Shown here: one piece after another, positions 1 through 10,619 of the stretch | Position numbering within the stretch: the first letter of the stretch is position 1 | Layout: the number at the start of each line of letters is the position of its first letter | NCBI GenBank assembly: GCA_951406725.2 | Contig: OX597822.1 | Coordinates: 22,506,001 to 22,570,000 of the forward strand | Direction of reading: 5' to 3' | Length of the DNA stretch: 64,000 bases | From: Octopus vulgaris | Lineage: Eukaryota | Made by a program: the position numbers and the translations under genes | The notes under the pieces: generated by a model | Database searches by the model: none | What the model was told of the DNA's origin: nothing | The model's input: the letters and a program-made list of their open reading frames with translations, nothing else

Positions 1-749
1 GCATTTTGTGATGTTGGGTGTGAAAATACCTTAAGAAAGCCTGAAAACAAGGAAGTCATAAAAGAATCATCCATAACTTGCAGTAAGCAACATTTATTAA
101 AATGAAAGTATTCAGAACATAGAATAACATGTAACAAAAATAATTTGCAAACATATTTACATTCCCATATAACAGTTAAGAACATCACCATTATTGTATT
201 AAGCATGCATGGAAGTGTTTGTTCGACTAGGTGCTGCTGGTTTAATTACTCATGGCTCAAGTTAGAGAAGTGGTGTATATTATACATAAGGTTTAGGTTG
301 TTCAGAGGTACGGCCCCCTAAAAATCCCCTGCATATTATACTTAAGGGCCGACTATACTCAAAGATTTACAGTAATATATTACTTATATGTAGTAGATAC
401 AAGAATCCCTTCCAGAGGCCCTATTATCGATTTTTTCAACAATCTATGTCACTAGTTTTCCAGACATGAGTTCTACTCATGAGTCAATTTTCATCAAAAT
501 CGATAAAACGATGTAGGAGGAGTTAGATAACAATGCCACAAACAAACACACCCACATATTTAGTAAATGTTATAATTAACGTTTAGATTTAAATTTAAAA
601 TTTGAAAAATTTGAACTGCATTTTGGGTATGTCCCAAGTACTATGCCAGCAAAGTACATTCACTGTTTATGGCTACCTGGTATCATCCACAGAAATTGCA
701 CGATTGTCGCTGGATCTACGTTAGGAATTTCACAGTGCATGTTGAGTAT

Positions 750-1230
750 AGTAGAAACAATTGATACAGAAGATAGAATATATTGGAAACTTTATTTATC
801 ACATCGATCATTTTGACACATCCTGCACTGCTTCCTCATGGGGAACTATACAATGAATTCCAGTGCTTCCAGCAATACTAAAGCATCACTTCAGGTGATA
901 TAACTTGATTTCTCATTACATAATTAACGTTTTGCTCTTAACCTTAACTAGAGCATGTTGGTAATAATCATATCTAAAATACATATCTAAAGTGTATTTT
1001 AGATACAACTACTACCAACATGCTCTAGTTAAGCTTAAGAGTAAAACGCCAATTATGTAATGAGAAACCAAATTATGTCATCTGAAGTGATGCTTCTGCA
1101 CTGCAGGAAACAATGAAATTCATTGTATAATTTCACACAAATGAGGGAACAGTGCAGAATGCATTAAAATAATTGTTGTGATAAATAAAGATTCCAGTAT
1201 ATTCTATCTTCCATACCAATTGTTTCTACT
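750..1230. repeat. Long imperfect palindrome (fold-back), ~235-bp arms, 7-nt loop
   Basis: AGTAGAAACAATTG...TATCTAAAATACAT (750-984) is the reverse complement of GTGTATTTTAGATA...CAATTGTTTCTACT (992-1230); roughly 80% identity by eye, mostly transitions. Confidence 0.9.
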
Positions 1231-1232
1231 GT

Positions 1233-1280
<48 letters not shown>

Positions 1281-1629
1281 TTATGTGTGCATGTCTTTGT
1301 GTCTGTGTTTGTAGCCCACCTCCGCTTCACAACCAGCATTGGTGTGTTTACATTCCATTAATTTAGCAGTTTGACGAAAGTACCAGGCTTAAAAAATAAG
1401 TCCTGGGGTTAATTTGTTTGACTAAGACCCTTCAGGGCAGTGCCCCAGTATGGCCACAGTCTAATGACTGAAATAGGTAAAAGATAAAAGATAAAAAAGC
1501 CTGACCATACAACGGGTGATGTAAAATACCTGAGGCATGTGTCCTTTAATACAGCCTTTAGTTGATCAATGTCTTGTGAATGAATTTGGTTGACAGAAAC
1601 TGTGTGGAAGCCTGTTGTGTGTGCATATA

Positions 1630-1660
<31 letters not shown>

Positions 1661-1837
1661 CTACTACTTGACACGCATTGGCTTGTTTACATTCCAGAAA
1701 CTTGGCAGTTCAGCATGAGAACTGATTGAATAAGTACCAGAATTGAGAAAATAAAATACTAGAGGACAATTTGTTTGATTAAATCCTTCTAGGAAATGCC
1801 CCAGAATGATCACAGTTCAGTCACTGAAACAAATAAA
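1231..1837 (+). mobile_element. Two degenerate partial copies of SINE family A
   Basis: (TG)n, then ...ACAACC...GGTGTGTTTAC..., CCCCAGTATGGCCACAGTCTAATGACTGAAA and an AAAAGAT tail, matching the fuller copies at 26955 and 51908. Confidence 0.75.
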
Positions 1838-2163
1838 ACCTCTTAGGAATTCTAAACTTGGGTACAATAATCATCTAAAATGGTTTCCAGTGTTCCTTTC
1901 ATGTTGCTCAATATGTGGAAGTATGGCTTCTACAAAAAGGAACATACTGATGTAGCCGAACCCTAGTATGGTATTAAGTGAACACTTGAGAATTGTCGTA
2001 GTAATTATTGTTTCATCCCAGCTCGATTCTGGCAGAGCAAACTTTTGACCAAAAGCATTTTGGCCAAGGCCAAATTTATTCATCTAAAAGTATGTCAATG
2101 ACTTATGTCATGTCACTCTTAGTATTACTGGTAACATGTAACCTAGTATAACCTGACATACAG

Positions 2164-2406
2164 TTAGACCATCAGCAGCTAAACCGGCAACCCTGCAAAG
2201 CTTACTTGAAGTTTTCATTGGACAACCTGCAGGACCAAAACTGAAGCATGTCAAAAGACAGATAAACTCAGCTGAGTTAAAAGCCATCCAACAACAAAGA
2301 GTAAGAGACCCACAGTCATTGTTTAGATATATCTCCAGAAGAAAGAGAACTGATGTAACACCTGTGACTTCATTTGCATCCAGTGATGTAGACAAGTTGC
2401 TTTTTG
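2164..2406 (+). CDS. Possible isolated coding exon (unverified)
   Basis: Stop-free frame RPSAAKPATLQSLLEVF...HVKR...RRKR...DVDKLLF bounded by CAG| and |GTAAAT; 243 bp, phase 1-1. The acceptor lacks a polypyrimidine tract and no homology was recognised. Confidence 0.2.
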
Positions 2407-2759
2407 GTAAATGCATACATTGTTTAGAGATTGAGATTGTCCCTATGCAAAGCCTTTCCTCACTTTAAAAAGCTTAAGACAGGTGTCACTTGATTTTTAA
2501 CATCATCTCTATTATGTGTTGCATACCATGGCTTGCTGTGGCTGTAAAAGAGAAAAAATCTCTGAACGAGGTATAAACAGTAGCTTCACGACAATGTGAA
2601 GTATATTTGCCACTTAAATGTGGCTAACCACTAAGGGTGGATGCTACTGTAGCTTTTAGTCCAGGAGAACATCTTCTCCAGCAAGCTATTGACACACCTT
2701 CTGTGCTCTATCAGTATTTGCAAAGGGAAGCCATCCTTCCCATCGTCGACTGACACGAT

Positions 2760-2806
2760 ACACACAGACCCGGGTTTCTGGGTATTTACCTGTCGTCAGC
2801 ACACGA
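2760..2806 (-). ncRNA. Minimal type I hammerhead ribozyme motif
   Basis: Minus strand reads cgtgtg-CTGACGA-caggtaaataccca-GAAAC-ccgg-GTC-tgtgtg: full core and a short stem III with a palindromic CCGG loop. Stem I is mostly G-U pairs, consistent with CpG decay. Confidence 0.7.
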
Positions 2807-3075
2807 CAATCACCGGTCTTCGATTAATTCTTTATTACGATTATAAAATCAGTACATAGAGGAACAATACAGGACATACATACAAAAAACAGTTAAGTGG
2901 TTCGTTTAAAAATTTCCACAATATATGGATTATTCATTATACAAAAAACTGTGTTTAAATTGTCCTTTGCATTGACTAATATAACATTACATTAGATTGA
3001 AATCTTACCGATATATTTTAAACCCCGGCAACCTATAAGGCCCCGCAGCTTTCCTTTCCTCTACTCCATCCATAG

Positions 3076-5420
3076 TTAAACTGGGTTTCTGACACCCACC
3101 TTTTTCGCCACTTCCTTCCATCTTTTTTCATACACACCTCGTGGTAAGGTCTTCTTTTCCAGCCCCATTTTGCTCTTCAGATGATATCTGAAGTAAGTGA
3201 GCAATCCGGGGCCTGAGACAAAGGATCCTATTGCGACTCCTTCCATTCTTGTATGCCACATGCATTCTTTTACTACTGCAACCATGCAGTGAAAACATGC
3301 CTCACCTTCCTTCAAGAGTCCAGTTGACGGTATCATCTTAATCATAGACTCAGCCGACAGCTGTACTCGTCCCAGATGCGATAACACGTGTTCTGCATAA
3401 CTTATCAAGTCTGACAACTGCCAACAGTGTACAAAAGCGTGCTGGACTGAAATTCCATGCGTGCCGCGATAACTTCTCATGAACAGGTAAAGCATTCCTA
3501 TAACACTGCCAGGCCAGGGATCTTTGGAAATTATCCAAATACCCCGTCCTGAAAGTCTTTTTAAACAGGTTGGTAAGCTGGTCTTCATCGAACCCCAGAG
3601 CCCCTCCTAGGACGTCGTCGTTCTTTGCCTCTACCAGCCTGCTATAAAATACCGAGGTGGTATTTCCGCAGCCGCAGCCGGCCTTGCCCGCCTTGTGGAT
3701 CAGCGTGAGTGCCTGTCGGCACTCCTTTTGCCATAAAGTCAGATTCCGTCTTTTGATGCAACCGGGTTTAAAATTCACTAAGGAAGCCGGTCTCGGGAAA
3801 AAATTTCCCTGCCAGCGGACTCCACACCTTATCATCCTCCAGGTGGTGCCAGAGATGCTTCAGCCTCAACGCATGCCTGCGCATCATCAACCAAGGCATT
3901 CCTAACCCACCCTTTAATGATTCCTGGCAGCAAACGGAGCGCCTCACAAGTGGCTTTCCTCCCTTCCACAAAAAAGCGGAAAAGGATTCGCTCCAACTTG
4001 CTAAGCCATGAATCGGGGCAAGGGACAGCGGTCAGGCGGTAAGTGATTACAGATGCAATGAACATCTGTACCACCTCCGCCCTTCCTTTCAAGGACAGAA
4101 ACCTTCTGGACCAGGTCCGTACTATGGCCTCCACCTTGTCCGTCACCTCACTCCATTTCCTCTCCGTTTGGGAGTCTGGCCCAAACCAAAATCCTAGCAA
4201 CTTAACAGGACCATCTGTCCAGTGTCCCACGGCACTGGACGATATCGACTTGCTCCTCCAGGTGCCGAGGCATAAGCCAATCGACTTGTCCTTGTTAACT
4301 TTTGCTCCTGCCACCGCTTCGGATCTTCTGATAGCATCTTCTACACAAGATAGCTGAGCCTCATAGGACACGATGAGGGTGACGTCATCCGCATAAGCAG
4401 AAACCGTCCTCCCACCTCCGATCTCATCCGGGTTACTTCCCAGCCTCTCCAACTTTCGCAGCAATGGCTCGAGAGCCAACACGTACAAAAGTGGTGACAA
4501 GGGGCACCCTTGACGAACTGAACATTCAATCGAAAACGGTTCCGTTAGGTAACCGTTTATCTGGACGGTGGACTTGATGCCGCTATACATAGCGGAGATC
4601 CACCCGCGAAATTTAGGGCCCAGTCCAGCCGCTTCGAGGACCGTCGCCAGGTACTTATGGTCTACCCTATCGAACGCTTTACTTTGGTCTAAATGGACCA
4701 TTACCCCACCCTTGCCGGTTAATTTACCCACCCTATCTAAGGTGTAGCGTATAAGGTGAAGATTGTCCTGGATCGACCTGCCTGGAATTGCACATGTCTG
4801 TGCTTTCCCTACAAGTTTCTCCACGACAGTCGTCAACCTTTTTGCCAACACCTTGGCCAAAATCTTTAACTCTACATTAAGTAGAGTTATGGGCCTGTAA
4901 TTACTAATGTTATCCCCCTTGCTCGGGTCTTTCTGGATTAGCGTCACCACTCCCCGGCTTACAGAAGTGGGAATTCTCCCGTTCTGCTGCCAGTTCACGT
5001 AGACGCCTGCCAGTATTCCCCCGAACAAGTCCGGCATACTTTGATAAAACTCGTAGGGCAGACCATCCAACCCCGGCGACTTCTCCCCGGCGCATCCGGC
5101 CAGTACCCCCTCTATCTCCGCGGAAGTGATCGCTCCTTCACAGCACTCCACCTCACGCCCCGAGAGCCGACTAGGAAGTCCTTTAAGGCCCTCTCCAGCG
5201 AAACCACCCCCCCCCCGAACACACGGGCGAAATGCTGGTGAAGAAACTTTTGCATCTCCTCCTGTCCATAGATCTTGTGTCCCTGTTTGTCAGTTAAAGA
5301 CTTGATTGAAGCTTTGTTACCTCTCTGACTCTCCACTCGACGGGCCCATCCGGCAACATTAATACCTTATCGTTTCCCTGTGCGTAGCTTAGCTCTAACT
5401 CTGCAACCTTCGTGTTTGGA
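3076..5420 (-). pseudogene. Tx1-type ORF2 (reverse transcriptase), frameshifted, lacking the APE endonuclease
   Basis: Motifs KSPGLDGLPYEFY, YRPITLLNVELKIL, LDQSKAFDRVDH, VRQGCPLSPLLY, YADD and GGLG; split over ORFs 5112-5336, 3832-5151, 3768-3971, 3350-3835 and 3076-3588. Confidence 0.92.
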
Positions 5421-5421
5421 G

Positions 5422-6195
5422 TTAAGGTGACAGTACAATACCGTCCTTGCCACCATCACTCTTTTCACCACATTTGAAACACCTAGGTCTGCGCCCCTCC
5501 ACTGACACTCTCATTGTAATTCCCTCCTCAATAAATACCCTATCGGGTAAGTTTTCTAGCACATTATTTTCTGCTTGAACGAGGAGTTCAAGCGCTTGTC
5601 CTTTCCAGTTTACCTCCTCTTTCCTTTTGATCTGCAGAATTGAGACTTTCTGCTCTACATCGTGCAGAACCGCCGCTGCTACCCACATTATATCATATCC
5701 TCTTGGTATGTCTTCCACATATATTTTCGCAGTTCTTTTGCCCATATAGGTAGGTAGTAACATGATGTTCTCACTTTTTAAGGTCATCGATGAAATCTCT
5801 CTTGCCACATCAGCTGAGTTGAAATGTGCTTCAACGGTAGCGCTGCAGGCACCTCGACCGACGTAGCGAATTTTGCTCCACACCGGGGACAAGCACTTCT
5901 CTACTATTTCGTTCTTCACGTCCATTATTTTTTTCTCTTTGTTACTGTAAACCTTGTACACGACTGTCTTGGCCTTTATTTCCTGTAATATCGCTTGCGG
6001 CGGTACCAGTTTTATTTCGTTGCCTTCCTTTTTGACCAAGTTCCGGTATTCGAACAACTGTTCTATTTTGAATTCCACTTCCGTTACGGTTCCACCCACT
6101 GCGGCCGAAAAAGACTGTTTTCTAACCTCGATATCCTTCTGTTCGCCTTTTCCCATCACGGGAAAGTCACTCCTCGACACCAAGTCGAACTCCAT
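5422..6195 (-). pseudogene. ORF1 (gag-like), truncated within the zinc knuckle
   Basis: Ends ...VSVEGRRPRCFKCGEK and then jumps to ORF2 linker sequence; aligns by eye with the intact ORF1 at 48903-50093. Confidence 0.85.
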
Positions 6196-7417
6196 TTCTC
6201 AAATTATGAGAACCAATTTTTCAAAAAAAAAAAGTTACCCCGAAGGTAATAACAATGTTTATACACAGAATTTTCAGCCCCGTAGGGCGAAAATTACTGT
6301 CACACAACGGACAACTGTTCAAATTCACGAGCAAACACAAACAAAGACGAACAAAAAACAAACTCACTCAACAAAATAGGCAGCTAACTTCTCAATACGC
6401 AGATGAAAGAGGGGTCCCTAGACGAGTCAAAACACCGGTCTTCGATGCGAAGGGGTCCCAATGCAAATACACATATCCTTTTTCCAGTGATGAAAAGTCA
6501 CTGATCTCGCAAAAGTGTAAACAAGCAATAATAAATCTCTGAACGAGGTATAAACAGTAGCTGCAACACATCGTGAAGTATATTTGCCACTAAATTTGAT
6601 GACAATAACCAAGCAATAGCATTGTTCAAAATCAAGTTGCAGCCATCATCATATCTTAAGACTACATTATTCAATGTTTTTCTTTTCTTTGATTCCTTTT
6701 CTTTGATTCCTTGTATACAATATAACAAACTAAAAAACAAAGAAAAGCAACAATAATTCCTCCTGACTGGTAAAAAGATATAAACTATGAGAGAGACACT
6801 GCTGTGAAATCAGTTGACCTTAGGGGAATGGAAATAGTCAGTATTGAAATTAAAATCCAAACATATTCTAGGATATTTTGTCTGGTTTTCTACTGTCTGC
6901 CACACCCCGTTAAGAATAATAATGATTTGTATATTGACAGAAAATCACATTTAAGGGAGTAATATAATCAATTTATCACCAAGTTTAATATACTTCCTGA
7001 TCCCTAGAAGCCCTTAATCCAGATTAGATTTCCAGTCTCATACTAACTTCTCTCCAGTCAGAGGTTTTGATTAAAGGATCATGAGGGCAGCCTTTCCTCT
7101 TATAATTAAGCCTATCTTCAAGAAAAAATAATATAAATTGACCCCCTCCCCAGTCCTTGACTAATTATTTAACCATCCTTTGAGGGATTTAAGACAAAGC
7201 TGATGACCTTGGTAGGATTTGATCTCAGAATATACATTGTTGTGTAACCAGATACCCAAGACATTTTGCTCTACCATTCCCAGCAACATTAATAGAAACT
7301 GCATCAACAGCAATAGCAATTTAGATCCAAGTTCAGTAATTTGGGAGTAGATTGTAGCTGATTAATCCAACCTTAGCCAGAGGACTGCATCAAGCTCTGT
7401 TAATAATGATGATGATG

Positions 7418-7473
<56 letters not shown>

Positions 7474-7530
7474 TAGAAGAAGAAGAAGAAGAAGAAGAAG
7501 AAGAAGAAGAAGAAGAAGAAGAAGAAGAAG

Positions 7531-9043
7531 ACGATAATAGGCATAAACATGCTAGCCATACCAGTCATAAATTACAGCTTTAACATAATAAACTGGAAGA
7601 TAAGTGAATTGAGAAACCTGGATAGAAAAACCAGAAAACTACTAACAGTGTACCGAAGTCACCACCCCAAAGCAGATGCAAACAAAATATATCTACTCCA
7701 CTCAGAAGGAGGCCATGGTCTGATACAGATAGAAAACTACTATAGAATAACAACAGCTGAACTAGCAAAGTACTTAGAAACAAAGAGGGGAAGACTACTG
7801 CATATAGTAAAGCAATATGAGAAAAAGAAAACACTTTTATCTATACACAAGGAGGCAACAAAATACAAAACAGAAGCAAACTACATTGACCTCAGATGAC
7901 CACATAGCATAAATGGTCAGAGAGACAAAAAAACAACATGAAAACTAAATTACAAAAGATGCTGACGAAGAAATGGAGAGAAAAATCACTTCATGGCCAG
8001 TACCCTACAAGGCTTGACAGAAAGGAAGTGAGCCTAAGTAAAAGCCAACAATGGCTCAAAAGCTCTGGACTAAAAGCTGAAACAGGAGGACTGATTCTCA
8101 CTGCACAAACCAATGCCTGACTACAAGCAATTATAAAAGCAAAATAACGAAGCAGGCCTCAACGTCCAAATGCAGAGTGTGCAACCAATACAATGAAACA
8201 GTTGACCACATCATCTTGGGCTGTCCAGTCTTGGCCAAGTCAGAATATGTATACAGACGTGATAAAGTAAGAAGTTATATCCACTGGACATTATGCCAAC
8301 ATTATAAAATCAAAACTTACAGCAGGTGGTATAAGCATGAGCCAAGCAAGGTACAAGATGACGATCAGGCCACAATCATCTGGGATGAGCCAGTTCAAAC
8401 CAATAAAGAAATAAAAGCTAATCAGCCAGATATAATAGTCAAAGATTGGGGAAAAAACACCTGGTTACTGATTGACATTGCAGTCCCTTCTGATCAATAT
8501 ATTGTCAAAAAAGAAGTGGAGAAATTGTTGAAGTGCAAAGACCTCGAAATTGAAGTATTCAAAATTTTGGGCGTGAAGGTAAAATCAATACCGATAAGAA
8601 CTGGAGCATTAGGCATGATAAAAAATCATATGAACAAAAATATAGATGTTATACCTGGATTCTCAACTCTACACACTGTCCAAAAAATAACCCTGCTAGC
8701 AACAGCCCACATCCCTCACAAGACATCCAATAATACAACCTAAACAAAACAATCCACAAATACAAGACACATTATACGCAGCATTTACCCAGTGAAATAA
8801 ACTCCCAGCAGTAAGCTAGAAAACCAAAATATTACACATGCAACACCACAATACAAGCAGTAAAACAACAAAAGACAGCACCACACCTCAAGGGGAAAAA
8901 AATTAACACAATACAGTACCGGGAGTGTTCGCACACTCCCAACAGCAGAAAAGAACACACAATGCTGCACACACCCCAGCAACACAGAGGTGTAGCAGGT
9001 GATGCAGTAGAAATTTGCCTCAATCTACCAAATCTTGAACAGT

Positions 9044-9045
<2 letters not shown>
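7531..9045 (+). mobile_element. 5'-truncated Dong/R4-clade LINE (restriction-like endonuclease)
   Basis: HHPKAD..GGHGL, LKAETGGLI, CRVCNQYNETVDHIILGC, QPDIIV, LIDIAVP, KDLEIE; flanked by (TAA)n/(GAA)n on the left and (TAA)n on the right. Confidence 0.9.
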
Positions 9046-9105
<60 letters not shown>

Positions 9106-9109
<4 letters not shown>

Positions 9110-9663
9110 GCCCTCATCTAGTACCAGGCAGTGGCTCTCATGGCTTCTGATCTTAACTGATTGAAAGTGTTATCATGTACATTGTTTTGTCTTGGTAAAA
9201 AAGATGGGCTACAGCAAAAATTCTGTTCAGTACCACAGATTTGCTTATCAGTTGTTTGATCTTAACCAGTTGACCATGTCCCTTAGTGGCTGACGATATG
9301 TGCATCACTGATCATGAGCAGAAGTAGTGGGGGAGCATCATAGCCATGTGTTGAGAGGGATTCTTTGGGATTTGAATAATTCACCTCTGGAAACATGGGT
9401 GTTTTGTTCAACATCCTTAAACAACCCTTATTCAGGGACCTTTTGAGCGGGATGGGTTACTCAACCAGAAGAAAATTCTAACTGGGCCCCACCTGCAACG
9501 TCATGTGCTGTTTATCTTGATATGAGATCACCATGTCGCGCACATATGGTTGTGATGCATGTGCCTGGTATACCCTTATCAGACGGGTAGTCATGATGGG
9601 TAAACTGGGCTTCATATATTTCATCCCAGTGTCACCTTCATGGCATGCACTGCTCTCTCACTC
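9106..9663 (+). mobile_element. ~560-bp non-coding interspersed repeat inserted in (AAT)n, copy 1
   Basis: Near-identical inverted copy at 42971-43508; both are flanked by (AAT)n and end CTCTCTCACTC(AAT)n. Confidence 0.85.
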
Positions 9664-9711
<48 letters not shown>

Positions 9712-9713
<2 letters not shown>

Positions 9714-10160
9714 CATTTTCTTTATTGGCCATAAGGGCTGAATGCAAAATGGAAAGGAACAATACAGCACAAGGAGCAAGTGGGGCTTAGCACAATATTT
9801 GCGTATAAAATACAATAAAACAATAACAATTATTCAAGAATAATATTCCTTAAAAGTGAGAAGTACTTGGCAGGTGCAACAAAGGAACCCCACACATCCT
9901 GGTCATCCTAACTGCTGCCAAGGGCACCTCAGGCAGGTATCATAACTTCTCCAGCTAACTACTTTATGTTCAGCATAGGCACATTTGTACAGGCCATCCT
10001 TGTCAATCTTTCAACAAAAATACTGGGGTTCAGCATTTCCCTTTCTACTCACAGTTTCCTTTTCAAGTGGGACTTAAAAAAGTCGATGAAGGGTTGGCCA
10101 AAAAGGAAAATATTTGTCTTCAGTCCTTTCAATCTCATCCCCCACACTACCTCTTTCACT
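9712..10160 (-). mobile_element. 3' fragment of a Tx1-type LINE
   Basis: Minus strand VKEVVWGMRLKG...FIDFFKSHLKRK resembles the ORF2 C-terminus at 3076-3300; ends AATAAAGAAA. Confidence 0.75.
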
Positions 10161-10194
10161 AAAAATAATAAGAAGAAGAATCCTTATTTTTGCC

Positions 10195-10612
10195 TAAAGT
10201 CAGCAATTTGGAGGGTAGGGAAGTCAATTAATTCAATCTCAGGGCTCAGTGGATACTTATCTTATTGATTCCAAAAGGATGAACTGTAAAGTTGATCTAG
10301 GTGGCATTTGAACTCAGAAGATAAAGCCAGAAGAACTGCTGCTAAGCATTTTGTCCAGTGCAATAGCAATTATGCCAGCTCGTTAGATAATAATAATGAT
10401 GATGATGATGATGATGATAATAATAATAATATTAATAACCCTTTCTACTATAGGCACAAGGTGCATAACAGGTACTAATTTCATCAACCCTGAAAGGATG
10501 AATGAAAAACAAAGTTGACCTTGACAGAATTTGAACTTAGAATGTAAGAATGGACAAAATGTTGCTAAGCATTTTTCTCAGTATGCTACCGATTCTGCCA
10601 CCTTGCTGCCTT
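10195..10612 (-). mobile_element. Two degenerate SINE family B copies
   Basis: AAAGGATGAA...AAAGTTGA...TTTGAACT...GCTAAGCATTTT motifs, the reverse complement of 47908-48139. Confidence 0.7.
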
Positions 10613-10619
10613 GAGTAAT

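Larger units (their letters stand above)
2825..6432 (-). mobile_element. Tx1/L1-clade non-LTR retrotransposon, internally deleted
   Basis: 14-bp TSD CACCGGTCTTCGAT at 2811-2824 and 6433-6446; 5' UTR, ORF1, RT-bearing ORF2 and a 3' end with AATAAA. Confidence 0.92.
2556..6591 (-). mobile_element. Retrozyme-like element: 355-bp monomer plus ~59-bp terminal redundancy, interrupted by a LINE
   Basis: Direct repeat AAATCTCTGAACGAGGTATAAACAGTAGCT...GTGAAGTATATTTGCCACT at 2556-2614 and 6533-6591. Removing the LINE and one TSD leaves a 355-bp period that contains a hammerhead motif. Confidence 0.65.

Noticed and set aside
290-570. Possible non-autonomous Helitron/DNA-transposon fragment
   Set aside because: Only a generic AATTTTCATCAAAATCG...GGAGGAGTT motif; no termini or TSD could be defined.
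1075-1135. CTGAAGT...GAAAT...GTA in the first palindrome as a hammerhead
   Set aside because: The core deviates from CUGANGA and stem I is out of register.
2459-2560. Minus-strand terminal exon after TTTTCTCTTTTACAG
   Set aside because: Only ~25 codons with no recognisable homology, and the pyrimidine tract abuts an insertion junction.
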